Part shown: piece by piece, positions 39,391 to 52,763 of the stretch
How positions within the stretch are numbered: the first letter of the stretch is position 1
Layout of the letters: every line of letters starts with the position of its first letter
Assembly (NCBI GenBank): GCA_051362555.1
Contig: CM120648.1
Coordinates: 19,464,587 to 19,528,586, forward strand
Length of the DNA: 64,000 nt
Reading direction: 5' to 3'
DNA from: Lingula anatina
Taxonomy: Eukaryota > Animalia > Brachiopoda
The notes under the pieces: generated by a model
Told to the model about the DNA's origin: nothing
What the model saw: the letters and a program-made list of their open reading frames with translations, nothing else
Database searches by the model: none
Made by a program: the position numbers and the translations under genes

Positions 39391-42300
39391 CACCATACCT
39401 ATTTATATTATGTGCTGAAATTATTTCTAGTATGTTAAGATAAAACGACCAAATGAACAGCATTAAATTCATAATGAAGAATTTTTTATATCCCAGTACC
39501 GTACTCGGATTAAGAATGTGTACATTTACCCCGTGGACTATTTGAAGATTACACTGCGATTAATGCGGTGGAAAATACAATAGAGAGAGTGTATAATGAT
39601 AGGGTCGCTAAACGATTGTTGACGCCATATAGTAACTAGCCTAATCCCTTGGTCGCCTGGGTAGCCACGCCCCCTTAGAGTACTTATGTAAACAAACGGT
39701 CTCCCGTAGCGAACTATCCTTTTGTTCAACAGCTTCGCGCGTGCAGCTGATTATGTATGTAGTGACACTATAGCTAACTGCATATAAATTTGTGCTAGCT
39801 GTTATTTGATTCATTCTGCTGTGTCAGATGTTGTGGATCAGCCCACTGGTTCGTTGACTTCTGTTTTTCTGAAGATTGGTGGTGCAGATTTTGAGTGCTT
39901 AATTATGTACCCTCCTTCTAACAAGAGAAAGGGGAAGGGAGATAAAAAGAGAGAGTGTCAAATGAAACGGGTAATGAGTAATACATTACATTAAATAAAG
40001 GGACTCGCGGTGGAAGAAACGATAGACTGTTTTGCATCAAGGTATGTCATTATAATCCGACATGGCCCATAACATGATCCATAACATGACTCATTGTTGT
40101 ATGCCTTATATTTGTGCCGACTAATATTTTACTCTCGTTCATTTCGTGAAACTATTTCCTTAAAATAAAGTTTTGCCTGTATAAATTAACTTTGTGACAT
40201 GAAGTAATTAATAAAACGCGCCTGTTGAAAAGGGGGCTTTTCGTAACTAATAAAGGTTCACTATTCAGAAAAATATCGTCGCCGTTCGTCGCCGCTACCT
40301 TCAGGAAAGCGTACCCTCCGCGTGGATCACCGGCATTTTTGATTATCTGACAAATTAGGGCAATTTACGTTTTAGCTAATAATTCTGAATTTACTAATAT
40401 TTTGGACTAAATTCGATGTCAGATTCATAGCAATGACGGAGAGCCGACAGAGTAACTGTTTAATTTTCTAAACTAATCAAACTAGAACGCGTGGCGATAA
40501 AATGTGTCGCTAGATCTTGTAAACACTCAGCGAAATGCACCTAGTGACTATATTCAATGTGCCGTCACTTAATTGCTTTCTCGATTTCATTAATTGACGA
40601 TAGTAATTGCAGATAACAAGGAAGAGGAAATGCTGAAGACAAAACAACGTCGGGTCTTTGTGTGACTTTCTCCCTAAACACTTTTTATGTTGCTGTCAAA
40701 GAAAAAGGAGTCTAGATAGCGATTATTTAAACCACTGCTGCTGCTTTTGCAGGTAGACTTCCTCGTTTATCATTTAAATGCTCCCCTCCCCCAGCAGACC
40801 CAACTTGATGCATGTACGTCTTGGTAGCTATAGTACAGATCTTGGTTCAAGTAATGAAAGGTTTAAGCACAAAACGATAATTTGAGGCTATTTTTTCATT
40901 CAAGACAAAATAAAGTATCTATGGTGTGTGACAATAGGGACTTTACAAAGCTTAATTTGTCCTTAAATATATATTCCAGTAGCATAGGCGAGCGACGTAA
41001 TTGTAACCTCAACTTGAGGTATCCTCGATGAAAGCGGAGTACAAAAATTAACTTTTTTAAATATCAATTACAACATGCTGTACAATGATATTGAGACTAA
41101 AGGGTTTAATGGACTTCTTTGCCTTAAAAGCAATTCATTTCAAAATTAAAAGAAACAGTTTTTTTCGGGGAGCGCGGGTAGACAGTTTACGTCAGGTGAT
41201 TCGTTAAAGTCGAGGAGTGTTTCACTATCAAATGTGTAAATCATATATGTCATAAAACACTATAAGAAAGTTTTTTGTTACGATCTGCAACATTTGTTCT
41301 TTTATATAGCAGGGCGAAGTTAAAGCCAGAGGTAAATAGAACCTAATACCGTAATCCTCCTCGTCCATTTATTTAAATCGTATCAAAACGTTTGATACAC
41401 AATGTTCATTAAATTAATAATTTTAGCGATTTATTAAAACCATATTGGTACATAAAAGTTTAAGATTAGCATAAGTTAAGCAACAACCAGTATGAAGAAC
41501 AACACCCTTTTTAAATGAGGCAAGACACCCTCTTCACACTGATTATAACCTTGAGAAAGACATTATGCAACTTAAGGTAAAGGAGTTCTTTCATCTCGTG
41601 TGTGAATACAACACATTCTTTGTCACTTTTACAAGACAACGGAGGCGAGCAAGTAGAGTAATTACAATACACAATAAAAAGGACATTAGTATAGAAAGCT
41701 TACTTCGGGTCAGCCCTTTGCTTGTTCGAATGAAAGAGATACCTGTAGATATCGCGCCGCGACTCCCTTTATTAAACCTTCCTGTGTTTGTGTAAAAGTG
41801 TGAAAGACAGGCAACGGTCTTTAGTCGCTGTTGATATTGTTCGCGATTAATATTGAAGTATAACTCCTTCGCCTGCATGTAAACGTGTTACTTTTCCTCA
41901 TGTTCTCTATATTTCTTTTAGGTGGTTGAGACAATGGGATGAGATCGATAAAAGTAAAGGTTAATCTAAACAATTAGATGCGATTTTTGTGAAATGACTT
42001 ATTAAGTGATGTGCATGTACCTAGCATGTTTAAATTCTTGAATTTCTAATTTGTCAAATCTTTCATACACAGCCTCATATATGTATTACTCTCAGGCCTT
42101 CGATATTATTGTGTTACACGGGACTCCTGGAAACCTGAAGCACAGGTCTACGGAGTCTTGTTATCCTTCATGCAGTTTTATGGCTGGGATGAACACTGCG
42201 AAGTAGAAACAGGCTTTACTTAGCTTTACTTGATGCACGACAGTTTAAACAAAACCAGTCTGCAAGGCTTGCTTTGATTTGGCGTTACCCTTACACTGGT

Positions 42301-44151
42301 TTAAAAAGAACAAATATAAATATGTTCGATGGATTAGATGCCGGCTTTGTTATATTTTAACATTTGCATTTGCACAGTTACACAGATAATATTTTTTAGT
42401 TGTCTGTCGTTCAGCACGCATTATAGGCGAGTAGCTAAATAGTGACGGTGATCAATCCAAGCTCAATCTTGGCAAGTATCGTTTACAAAATAGATCATGT
42501 TGAATAAACTTAATTACGCTTTAATAAATAATCAACACATGGTTCGGTTATTGTCACTTGAAAGCTTTCGATCAAAGACGTTCAATGAAATCACAAATCA
42601 TTTGACGATTAAAAAATGGACATGTTCAAGGGGCAGTTTTTGTTTCAGATAAAGGGACTTCAGGTTCAGGTAGAGGGTGCAGTTACGTGTTTCATCGGAT
42701 GATAGCATCACGCCCTAGGTCTAAGCGAGTTGAATAGAAGCTTTTTATCCAAACATCCTATTCCTAACTACTGAGTTAGGACAAAGGTCTAGTAACATGC
42801 ACTGTGCAATTACTATTAATGGATCAGACGCATACTTGATTGTTTTTCCTCTGGTGTCGCACGTATGCATCCTTTCTTGAGTGATCTAAAACAAGTCGCT
42901 AGTGTACCATGTTTCCCACTGTAGCAAAATACGTTCGACATGGTGTTTCTGAACGGCAGCCGGAGACACAGTAATTGTATAGGCATGCTTTAAGCTTGTT
43001 CGAGAGACAAGAACAGTCGGGTTTAACAATAGATAGCGACCATAGTAAGACCCCCTCCTATTTAACTGATGATTTACACTTTTAATTGACCGTACTTTCG
43101 TATATTGTATGATCATACAGCCAGACTTCCCCCTGTTGCACGTTGTAGTTGGATTGTCATTGCGCCTATGTCAATGCACCTCATTTAATTTCAATATTAT
43201 AATATAAGCATAATATAAGTAATATGTTATTTCCTTATTCCTCTTTCATTATCATTCATGTTTTATAAATACTTGAACGCTTGAATGCAGATATTTCAAA
43301 TTAAAACGTAAGTACATAAATAAATTATACATTTATAAATTAATGCAATAGGAATTTTTTGAGACAGATTGATGCTGACGCTCATGCATTTCAACCAAAC
43401 AAACAATAATTAGTTCAATTTTTGACTGCGGAAATTTCATATAGGATGAAATAACTGATAACAAATTTAACTAGCAGTTTGTTAGCAACACTAAAAACCA
43501 GCTGCGCGTGCCAAACTAGTGAACAAAAGGACAGTTCGCTTCGCGTGGCACGCCTTAGCATGGGTTTAGCCTCTTCAAGCTATAATCCTATCGCCGCAAC
43601 AAACAATAGGGACCTTCTGGCTGATGTATCCTGCTGTTAATTACACCTAGTTACAGCGGATTGTCACGCTCGCGCTGGGCCACAGAAACCGGCGTCATGG
43701 GGTTCACACGTATTAAGTATTGTGTTATTCCACCTAAGCTATTGTGTTTGTGCGTTCGAATTTTGAAGGGATTTATACGACCCTCCATTGTTTGTCCGCC
43801 CCCTTCTATTCACAAGATAGGGATTAAAACATTTCGAACGTGGTTACACCGGTGTACAACGGAAACAAAATTATTCCGACCACTGTATAAATGCACTTCA
43901 GTGGGATTTGATTTTTTTCTTAAAAAAGGATAATACCTGTTCATTTTGGTCAGATAATGGATTTTCCCAGGGTAAACAACAACTTTTCCATACAGTACTT
44001 ATCAGTGGTTAATGAATCCGTTCCAATATTTAAAGTTGGTCTTAAGATATGATTACAAGGGTAGTCATCCATGGAGGTCACTTGGACCATTGGAATAAAA
44101 ATATTTATAATTTGGACATTTTATGAATAGGAATAGTCTCTTGATAAGCTA

Positions 44152-45538
44152 CACACACTGGACAAAAGAAGTGTCACCCCCTAACTCAGAGTAATAAAAG
44201 TAGGCAGATCTTGGGTACTTATAATGCCTGGTCTACTTATAATGTGACTAATGAGTCTAAAACCGCTATACCATGGAATTGTATTGTTGGTCTTGTACAT
44301 GTACAGCAAATGTTATTCCTGTCTTCCTCCAATATGACAAGATACAGGCAATTATCTAACGGTTATAGGTGCAAGTTATTAACCTGAAGAGGCGGAATAT
44401 AAGCAATGTCAGAATAGCAATACAATTGAATTGTTCAGTCAGAACCGTGCAGAGGGTCTGGTCTCGGTATAGAAACACTGGATCAAGAGACAAATTGCCT
44501 CTGATGGGTCGTCCAAGAAAAAATACTGGCCGTGAAGATAGACGACTGATTTTGATGTCCAGGTTGTCAAAGTTCGACACTGCTTGTCAGTTGACAACAC
44601 AGTGGAACAATTTCACACATAAGAATGTGTCTGTGAAAATTGCTAGGCGTCGGTTACATGCTCAGAGAGTGTACAGCAGGGTAGCAAGACTGAAACCTCC
44701 TATATCGTTACAAAACAGGCAACGTAGAGTAAACTAGGGTCAAACGGAATCTGGAACTGGACAGTTAATGACAATTGGTCTTATATATTTTTTCTGATGA
44801 GTGTCGCTTTGGTCTGACCTCTGATGACAGACGGGTACTATGCTGGCAAACTGCTGGTAAAGCATTTGAACCACATGCACTGAATTTTCGAACCCGGAGC
44901 AGCATATTCATCATGGTGTGGGGCTGCATCAGCATCCATGGCTTGGGCGAATTGATAGTGGTTAATGGAAACATGAATCACTAGAAATATATCGATGTTT
45001 TGGAGTCAGGCTTGCTACCATCTATTACTAACATGTTTGGTGACAGGAATTATCCATTTGTTCACCAGGATGACAATGCTCCTTGTCACAGGCCCAGAGC
45101 AGTTGATGATTGGTTTGACCAACAGGACATTCGCAGGGTGATGTAGCCTGCCCAGAGTCCGGATGCAAACATAATAGAAAATGTGTGGAATGATATGTCA
45201 AAACTTTTTACAAATGCCCGTCTAACCAGCAGAGAAACTCTGTTATATTCAGTGTTTCATGCTTGGGCCAGCATAAGCCCTGAACGCATCAGACAATTAT
45301 ATGAAACCTTGCTTCGTAGACTGGCACCTATTATTAGGTCACGTGGCTATGCCACTTAGTACTAATTTTGGACTTGAAACTGCATATTTTGGTAGAATGT
45401 ATATTTTGTTCTCATTTTGTGATTTTTTGTGAAATTTGATGTTAATAAAATGATACCAGGAGCATATCATGCCACAGTCATTTATCTCCCCCATAGTATT
45501 GGCTCAGCAGGGGTGACACTTCTTTTGTCCAGTGTGTG
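44152..45538 (+). mobile_element. Tc1 DD34E transposon, full length, inactive
   Basis: TA TSDs; perfect TIR cacacactggacaaaagaagtgtcacccc; GRPRK, FSDECRF, MVWGCIS, DDNAPCH...SPDANIIENVW with 34 residues between D and E; several stops and a frameshift. Confidence 0.97.
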
Positions 45539-46085
45539 TATATAATTGAATAAGTGCAGGGGTGGATCCAGATGTATCTTCTAACGGCGTCCATATTTTC
45601 TTCATTGATCCATCTTCCATTTTTGACCATCTGACAGAAAAATGGCCCCATTCACAATGGACGATCCGTGTACTTAATGATCAGCCGAGTACATATGGCT
45701 GAACACAGTTCAAAAGCAATGCCGCTGATACCTGATGGTCTCCCTGACTAAACACATGCCTTTAAATGGATTAAATCTCTGCTCTGATGTTTAATTGTTA
45801 GGCCCCTGCAGCAACGGCATGTGTGGTATTTACTGTTTGTGTAAACTAATTAGACACAAAGAAAAATTTGCATACAAGCTAGGCACTCCAGCTATCAAAT
45901 TTGGGCTTTGTTCATTGCATGTCTTACCTTAATTAACTATTTGTATACCCACTTAAACTAATAATGCACTGGAACAAACAAGAAAGCAAGCACTCTTACC
46001 AAAAGGATGACTGAAAATCAAAACAGACAAGATAGCATTTTCAAAATAAAGAAAATAATGTAATAAATAATTTTTAGAATTTTAA

Positions 46086-46467
46086 TTAAAGGTACATACA
46101 AACCGAGCATCGGTGGAGCGCGGATTCCCAGTAACACATATAAACCACTTTACTAGTTTCTTCTACGACTCTAATAGATTAACATGCCAAGTGATAAACT
46201 GAATAAATCACCTGATCAACCATAAAAGAGCTTTAGAGTGCCCCTTTCTTTAAATTTATGGTTGGAAATTTAACCTACTTTCGTGACCTACTTTTCTGCC
46301 CCATTGACATACAGCATAGAATGCTAGCAGAAAAATCTGTTCAAACATCACTTTCGGTTAAATTAAACAATGCCTTTTGGTAATTCTCTGAGTTATACTA
46401 CTTGAAACTGTATGCTGGCATTTGGTTGGTTTTTATGACAAAAAATTGACTTTGTATGTATCTTTAA
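46086..46467 (+). mobile_element. Kolobok-type non-autonomous element, TTAA TSD
   Basis: ttaa-AGGTACATAC...GTATGTATCT-ttaa; copy of 5298-5682. Confidence 0.8.
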
Positions 46468-46705
46468 GGCTAAAAAAAGAGAATTAAAAAGTGTTTGTTG
46501 CCACAGTCCCCCCCCCCCCTCCAGAAAGAATGTAAACAAACAAACAATCCACCCGTTAATCCACAAATAAAAAAGAACCCTACAGTAAAGTCTTGAAAAT
46601 TTTGTCGGCAGACGATTTTCCGCCGACGTAATTTTTTCCCCTTTGAAAACTTTGTCGACCTTGAAAATGAGGTACTAGATAATTTTTGAAAAGTTCGTCA
46701 CCAAT

Positions 46706-49700
46706 ATGGCCGCGCTGTCCAGCTCAAGCATGAAGGTAATGCGTCCGTTTATTCAAGACAATGATACGATCAGGATATCATTGCCGATAACACTCAATGG
46801 GAGATGGGAACAATAGTGCGCCCCTGAGGGGGTTACTCATAATATAGATGGTTTAAATGTGAATTCCTGGCCTTTTGTCTTTAGTTTCATTACTATTACC
46901 TGGCTCAAGGTGCGTTATCAAGCCGGCAAATAGAAGTCCCAGGCCGCACCTCTGTCATTTGTAACGCCGTTATTGTTATCGGCGGCTGTTCTAAATGAGG
47001 AAGACGCAATGAGAAAATCAAGATATTATCTTGAAGGGAAATGTACCCGTCACTTCTATTCATGTCTACGTTCTATTTAGGACCATTTAACGATTACCTG
47101 GCTCGTACATGGAGATCATTCGCAATGCAAATGGGACAAGATGTCAATTTTCATATCTTCTTATTCGTAGCGGACTCCGTTCACGTAAGATCATCTGCGG
47201 GATATCATTTGCGATTCGAGAGAGACAAAAAGGCAATCTTCATATCTTCAGCGGGAGATCGTTCGCGACATAGGCGAGAATAAAATGCACTTTTCATATT
47301 AGTTCAAGGGAACTTCATTCGTGGAAGATCGTCAGCAGGAGGTCATTATTTTAACCCCCCTCCCCCTTTGAATTTTGTAAATAATATATATTTTTCATTT
47401 TATCTATAACCCCCCTTCCCCCGCTCACGGCATATCTTCAGCGGAGAATCGTTCGTGTAAGATCGTCAGAGGGAGATCGTTCGCGTTCCGAGCGAGACGA
47501 AAAGGCAATTTCTATATCATCATCGGGAGATCGTTGCGATGTAAGCAAAAATGAAATGCAATTTTCATTTTGGTTCAAGGGATTTAGGGAACTTCGTTCG
47601 CGGAAGATCGTCAGTGGAGATCATTACTTAAACCCCCCCCCCCCACACACACACACACTATGGATTTTTAAAAAATATTCATTTTCATTTTATCTTTAAT
47701 CCGCCCCCTCCCCCGCTTTGGGTATATCTTCAGCGAGGAATCGTTCGCGTAATATCCTAAGGACTTTGGGGTCATTTCTTAACTACTCATAATGTGACAG
47801 TTTTTTACTTCTGCATGTTCTTAGCAGAAATAGAAATAGATCCTAAAGTATCAGTTAATGAGTGGAGAAATTGGCTTATTTTAGGAATATTGGATATGGG
47901 TATATCCCATACATTAAACCAAGCTGTTTCATTTTTGTGGAAGAAGTGCCTAAATACATCATGGAAAAAGCGTTCGAGAAATTAAATTGGTTTCATGCAT
48001 TCGCAATGGACAAAAACGGTTGAGTCTGACATTTTTTGTCTTTTGCTCTTTTTTTTTATGACACATCTCGTGTCTGTGCATAGAGACATTATTTGTCTTT
48101 TAACACCTTAGTTGATGTCAATGCTGTGGCTTTCAGAGATTACACTGCAGTTGGAAAACCATGTAACATTTTTGTGGATTTTTCCCTTTTTACATTTTGA
48201 CATTCTCAAGGTGTGAATTTGAAGTGCAATCAGCATGAATATGTATACTAACTACATTTTCTGAATGTCCACATGAAGAGATAAATTTAGTATATTATTG
48301 AAATTATTGGTTTTATTTAATCACCACTAATTGTCTTAGGTTTATAATTCCAATCTACTATTTTTTATTTCTCCTGTACTTTTTTCTTACAGCGTCTGTT
48401 TAAAACATCCAGAGAAACTTCTTACTTGGGCCAGTCCAGCCAGTCCCGTGTTAAGACCACACAGAAGAAAAGGAAATACAGCGATGACGACAATGATGAT
48501 GATGATGATGATGACAGCAGTTACCACCATGGCAACCCTTCAACATCAAAACAAATCAAGTTGACACCCAGCAATACCTCTCCTGCTAAAAGAAAAGGTG
48601 TTACATCAACTAAAAAATGGAAGACTTCCGATAATGAAGATGTACGCTCCTTTGAGTTACTTGTATTCGTACGGAATTCTCTTAAGAAGATTAAAGATTT
48701 CTTGAAAACATTATTTCACAATATGATGATATCGTATTTTACAAATGAAATCAGTGGGTTCCATGTATATTGAGAACCTATAATATGTGCACCTCTATCA
48801 CCAACAATATTCAAGGAAAGCTGTGTCACTTAATTTTCTCTTACTAATAAATAATATTGCACCGAACTATGCACATCAATATTTTTTGCTTTTTGTCTGT
48901 ATGTTTGACAACGTTGCAGTTTTGTTTGCCATTTTTTCTGTTTTTTTTCTTCTTTCATTTTATCTTTCTTTTTTGTTTTGTTTTGTTTTTATTATTCCTT
49001 ATTATCAATATATCATTATTTCAGGACCTAAGACAGGGGCCAGTCTCTGGCCAGCAACAGGAGCAGCAAGGTGATGCCAACTTCCAAAGAAGTGACAATT
49101 TAGTTCACGAATCCCCATCTTTATCAGTCACTGAAGACCACCTGGAGGAACAAGCTGGCGTCCACTTTGAAACAAGGAGGAAATCAGGCCATGACTTGCC
49201 ACCTTTACCACCACAACAGGACCCTGTGGCTGCTGATGATCAAGACCAGGGTGTAACTGATCCTCAGACCATCAAAACAATGGGAACCCAAGCTATTAAC
49301 CAGGCCCATGGGGATAATCAGTTAGAAAGATTACCTACGGCAGTGACACAAGAGATTGCTGGGGTTCTAAGACAGGTCCCTGCTAACACAGGCAACACAA
49401 ATGTTACCTTCAATTTGCAGCTGGTTTACCACAATAATAACTCAGAAAAGGCATCAATGACACACATGAAAGAGAACAATGTGACAACATCTTTTCATAA
49501 ACATGTCCCTCCAAGTGTGAAAAAACGACTGAATGAGACACTTTCTCAAAATGATGTATGGAACCAAGTGAAGAAGATGTATGACATTTCAGATGAAACC
49601 CCATGTCCTCCTGATGTTGTATCTTTTTTGTTGTCAGAAGTTGAGGGTTCTATTGCATCTTTCATCAGTGTGTTGTTAAAGTTAAAAGAACGCCACAGAG

Positions 49701-50502
49701 AAGGACAGCAAGACATACCACAAGATTTGATTAATGAAGTCAAGGTAACTGATAATATGGTCTAAAATATAGTCAAATAAAGTAACCAGTCTTTAAAGTT
49801 TTAAAATGACATTGACAATTCATCTTGTGACTCTAAAACAATTTTTTTCCACATTTAAAACATTTTCTTTCTCTGTAAGTCCTAATTCAATTCAACAAAG
49901 TTTTTCATTTCTTCATATTCCAAGTGAAAGAGTAAGAATTAGAATTAAATGTATAAGACAATGGGTTGGCTGTTTGGGGTTACCAGTATTGCTAAGTGTA
50001 TTGAAAGTCATTTACATAACATCATGGTTTGAAGGAGTAGAAGTTGTAAATGTGGCTTATTATATTTCTCTTCTAGGAAGGACTTCTGAGTGAAATGGAG
50101 TACAACAAACTGAGGGAGAAAGTGATTGAATTTGCTGCGGAACTTTCCATTTATATGGAAAGAATTTTAGATTACCTGTATCAGTTTAGTGTAATACCAG
50201 ATGAGGAGACAACAAAACTTAAAAATGATGCAAAGAGAAATCCGCAAGATGCATGTAGAGATTTGTTGAAAGCACTTCTTGCAATCAGTCCTAAAAAAGA
50301 ACCAATTAAACATCTGAAAGCTGCATTCAGGGATTCTGGTCTTTGGCATCTGGCAGATGAACTAGAAGTCAGCTACCAGGATGTAGAGGATGAATTACAG
50401 AAACATGGAGGTGGCCGGCCTATTTGTGAAGAGCCGTTAGCAATAGGAATGGCAGCTCCCCCCACACCTGCTACAGGTGAAACCCCTACTGGAGAACATT
50501 AA
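46706..50502 (+). CDS. Death-fold adaptor-like protein (low-complexity N-term, Death domain-like, CARD-like), 474 aa; exons 46706-46735, 48393-48641, 49025-49744, 50077-50502
   Basis: All introns GT-AG and phase 0 with no stops: MAALSSSSMK/RLFKTS...DNED/DLRQG...NEVK/EGLLSEMEY...GEH*. DD-like PPSVKKRLNETLSQNDVWNQV...SIASFISVLLKL. CARD-like LREKVIEFAAEL...ILDYLYQFSVI...ACRDLLKAL...AFRDSGLWHLADEL. Exon 1 is less certain than exons 2-4. Confidence 0.8.
47150..47755. repeat. Degenerate nested tandem repeat in intron 1
   Basis: Recurrent catatcttcagcgggagatcgttcgcg motifs within two ~280-bp higher-order units. Confidence 0.75.
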
Positions 50503-50922
50503 AACTACATGTGTACAGTATTTGACAGTATGTGTCAAGATTGTTTATGCTATTTGGGTCTCCGTGGACTAAGACATATGGTATTCCCACATATATTGAC
50601 ATCAGACAAATAAAGTGGTTGTCTGTATTTAATGATTTTGAACAAGCCTGCTGAAAAACTACAGTGATGCAGACATTTATCTATACTGTTCAGCATCAAA
50701 TGTGAACCCTAACTTTTAACAGGAAGATGACAGAAATTTTAAGCAAAACCCAGTGGACTATGAAACCATCAATCCTGTTAGGAGACTTCTTTGTTGATTT
50801 GTCTTAGATCTCCTAAAACCTATGTTGTGTTCTTATTTTACAATACCAAAAACAACCTTAAGGTTGTCCCTCCAACCTTAAGGTGCGTCAGAGGACACTC
50901 TGTCCTCCTTTTTGACCATATT

Positions 50923-51548
50923 TATGTACAGTACAAGGTGTAAAACCAGTAGAAACAGGTACACAGTGCACCTATTACAGTGTCATGATCCTGTATATGT
51001 TATTATACCCATCTATGTACAAGGTGTAAAAACCAGTAGAAACAGGTACACTGTGCACCTATTACAGTGTCATGATCCTGTATGTGTTATTATACCCATC
51101 TATGTACAAGGTGTAAAACTAGTAGAAACAGGTACACAGTGCACCTATTACAGTGTCATGATCCTGTATGTGTTATTATACCCATCTATGTACAAGGTGT
51201 AAAAACCAGTAGAAACAGGTACACTGTGCACCTATTACAGTGTCATGATCCTGTATATATTATTATACCCATCTATGTACAAGGTGTAAAAACCAGTAGA
51301 AACAGGTACACTGTGCACCTATTACAGTGTCATGATCCTGTATATGTTATTATACCCATCTATGTACAAGGTGTAAAAACCAGTAGAAACAGGTACACTG
51401 TGCACCTATTACAGTGTCATGATCCTGTATATGTTATTATACCCATCTATGTACAAGGTATAAAACTAGTAAAAACAGGTACACTGCACCTATTACAGTG
51501 CCATTATCCTGTATGTGCTATGATAACTTATGCTATTATACCCATCTA
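50923..51548. repeat. Tandem array, 86-87-bp unit x~7
   Basis: Unit gtacaaggtgtaaaaaccagtagaaacaggtacactgtgcacctattacagtgtcatgatcctgtatatgttattatacccatctat. Confidence 0.95.
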
Positions 51549-51747
51549 TTTAAACTAGCTTATAAATTACTCCTTTAGTTCATTCCCACAAACAAAAATG
51601 GATATTTGTAAAAAGCACTGTATATATGTAAAAAGTGTCAATATGCTCTATGTTAATATATTCTTCTGATAATGTCAACACCATGTAATTTATGTAAATA
51701 TATCCCTTAAAGATGGCAACACCACAAATACATGTGGTAAATGTTTT

Positions 51748-52262
51748 AATATGTATACAAGGTATTATACTCTCAGTTTTGTCCCACACAGAGTATAGTT
51801 TGGTAATTTAACACACGTATACATGTAAGTCTATTTATTATATTGATATCAATATGTATACAAGGTATTATACTCTCAGTTTTGTCCCACACAGAGTATA
51901 GTTTGGTAATTTAACACACGTATACATGTAAGTATATTTATTATATTGATATCAATATGTATACAAGGTATTATACTCTCAGTTTTGTCCCACACAGAGT
52001 ATAGTTTGGTAATTTAACACAAGTATACATGTAAGTCTATTTATTATATTGATATCAATATGTATACAAGGTATTATACTCTCAGTTTTGTCCCACACAG
52101 AGTATAGTTTGATAATTTAACACACGTATACATGTAAGTCTATTTACTATATTGATATCAATATGTATACAAGGTATTATACTCTCAGTTTTGTCCCACA
52201 CAGAGTATAGTTTGATAATTTAACATGTGTGTACATGTAAGTCCATTTATTATTTTGATATT
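51748..52262. repeat. Tandem array, 103-bp unit x5
   Basis: Unit aatatgtatacaaggtattatactctcagttttgtcccacacagag...tattgatatc. Confidence 0.95.
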
Positions 52263-52711
52263 ATTCAAGGTGGATGTCTTTATATGTAGTATTGTATTAA
52301 ATTATATTTACATGAGCAGTGTATATATGTAGAAAGTTTTAATAAGCACTTTATGTTAATAAATATTCCCTCAAAGGAGACAACATCACAGATATTTATA
52401 TGTGCAGAAAGTTAAACTGTGTTTCATGTAAGATAAAATATACTTTGTTCTCATTCACAGAATATAGATTGACAGATATCTCAACTTGCTTGTGTATGTA
52501 CTGTATATAAGTGCATCAATTAGTTTTACATTACCCATGGTAGATATTTGAATATTTAATTTTTTTTTGTATTTTTATTTTTAAAAACCACTGAATATGT
52601 GTTAAAAAGTTTTAATAAGTAAGTTAAGTCAATGCATTCAGTCAACAATATGAACACCATATACCTTAACTTACTTCAGTGTATTTATATATTCTCTCAA
52701 AGATGTCAACA

Positions 52712-52763
<52 letters not shown>

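Larger units (their letters stand above)
37040..39500 (+). mobile_element. L1/Tx1-type LINE ORF2 debris (linker + RT), interrupted by a Tc1 fragment
   Basis: DTNQNDIMQEAN, LEGKITDDELL, LINKDQNDFMPERFLGGN, GCRQGDPLSPYLFILCAE; many stops and frameshifts. Confidence 0.85.

Noticed and set aside
41591-41878. 95-aa minus-strand ORF with a hydrophobic stretch
   Set aside because: No convincing splice signals or family motif; the resemblance to the 25-kb gene (ACLS) is too short and the orientation is wrong for the inverted paralog.
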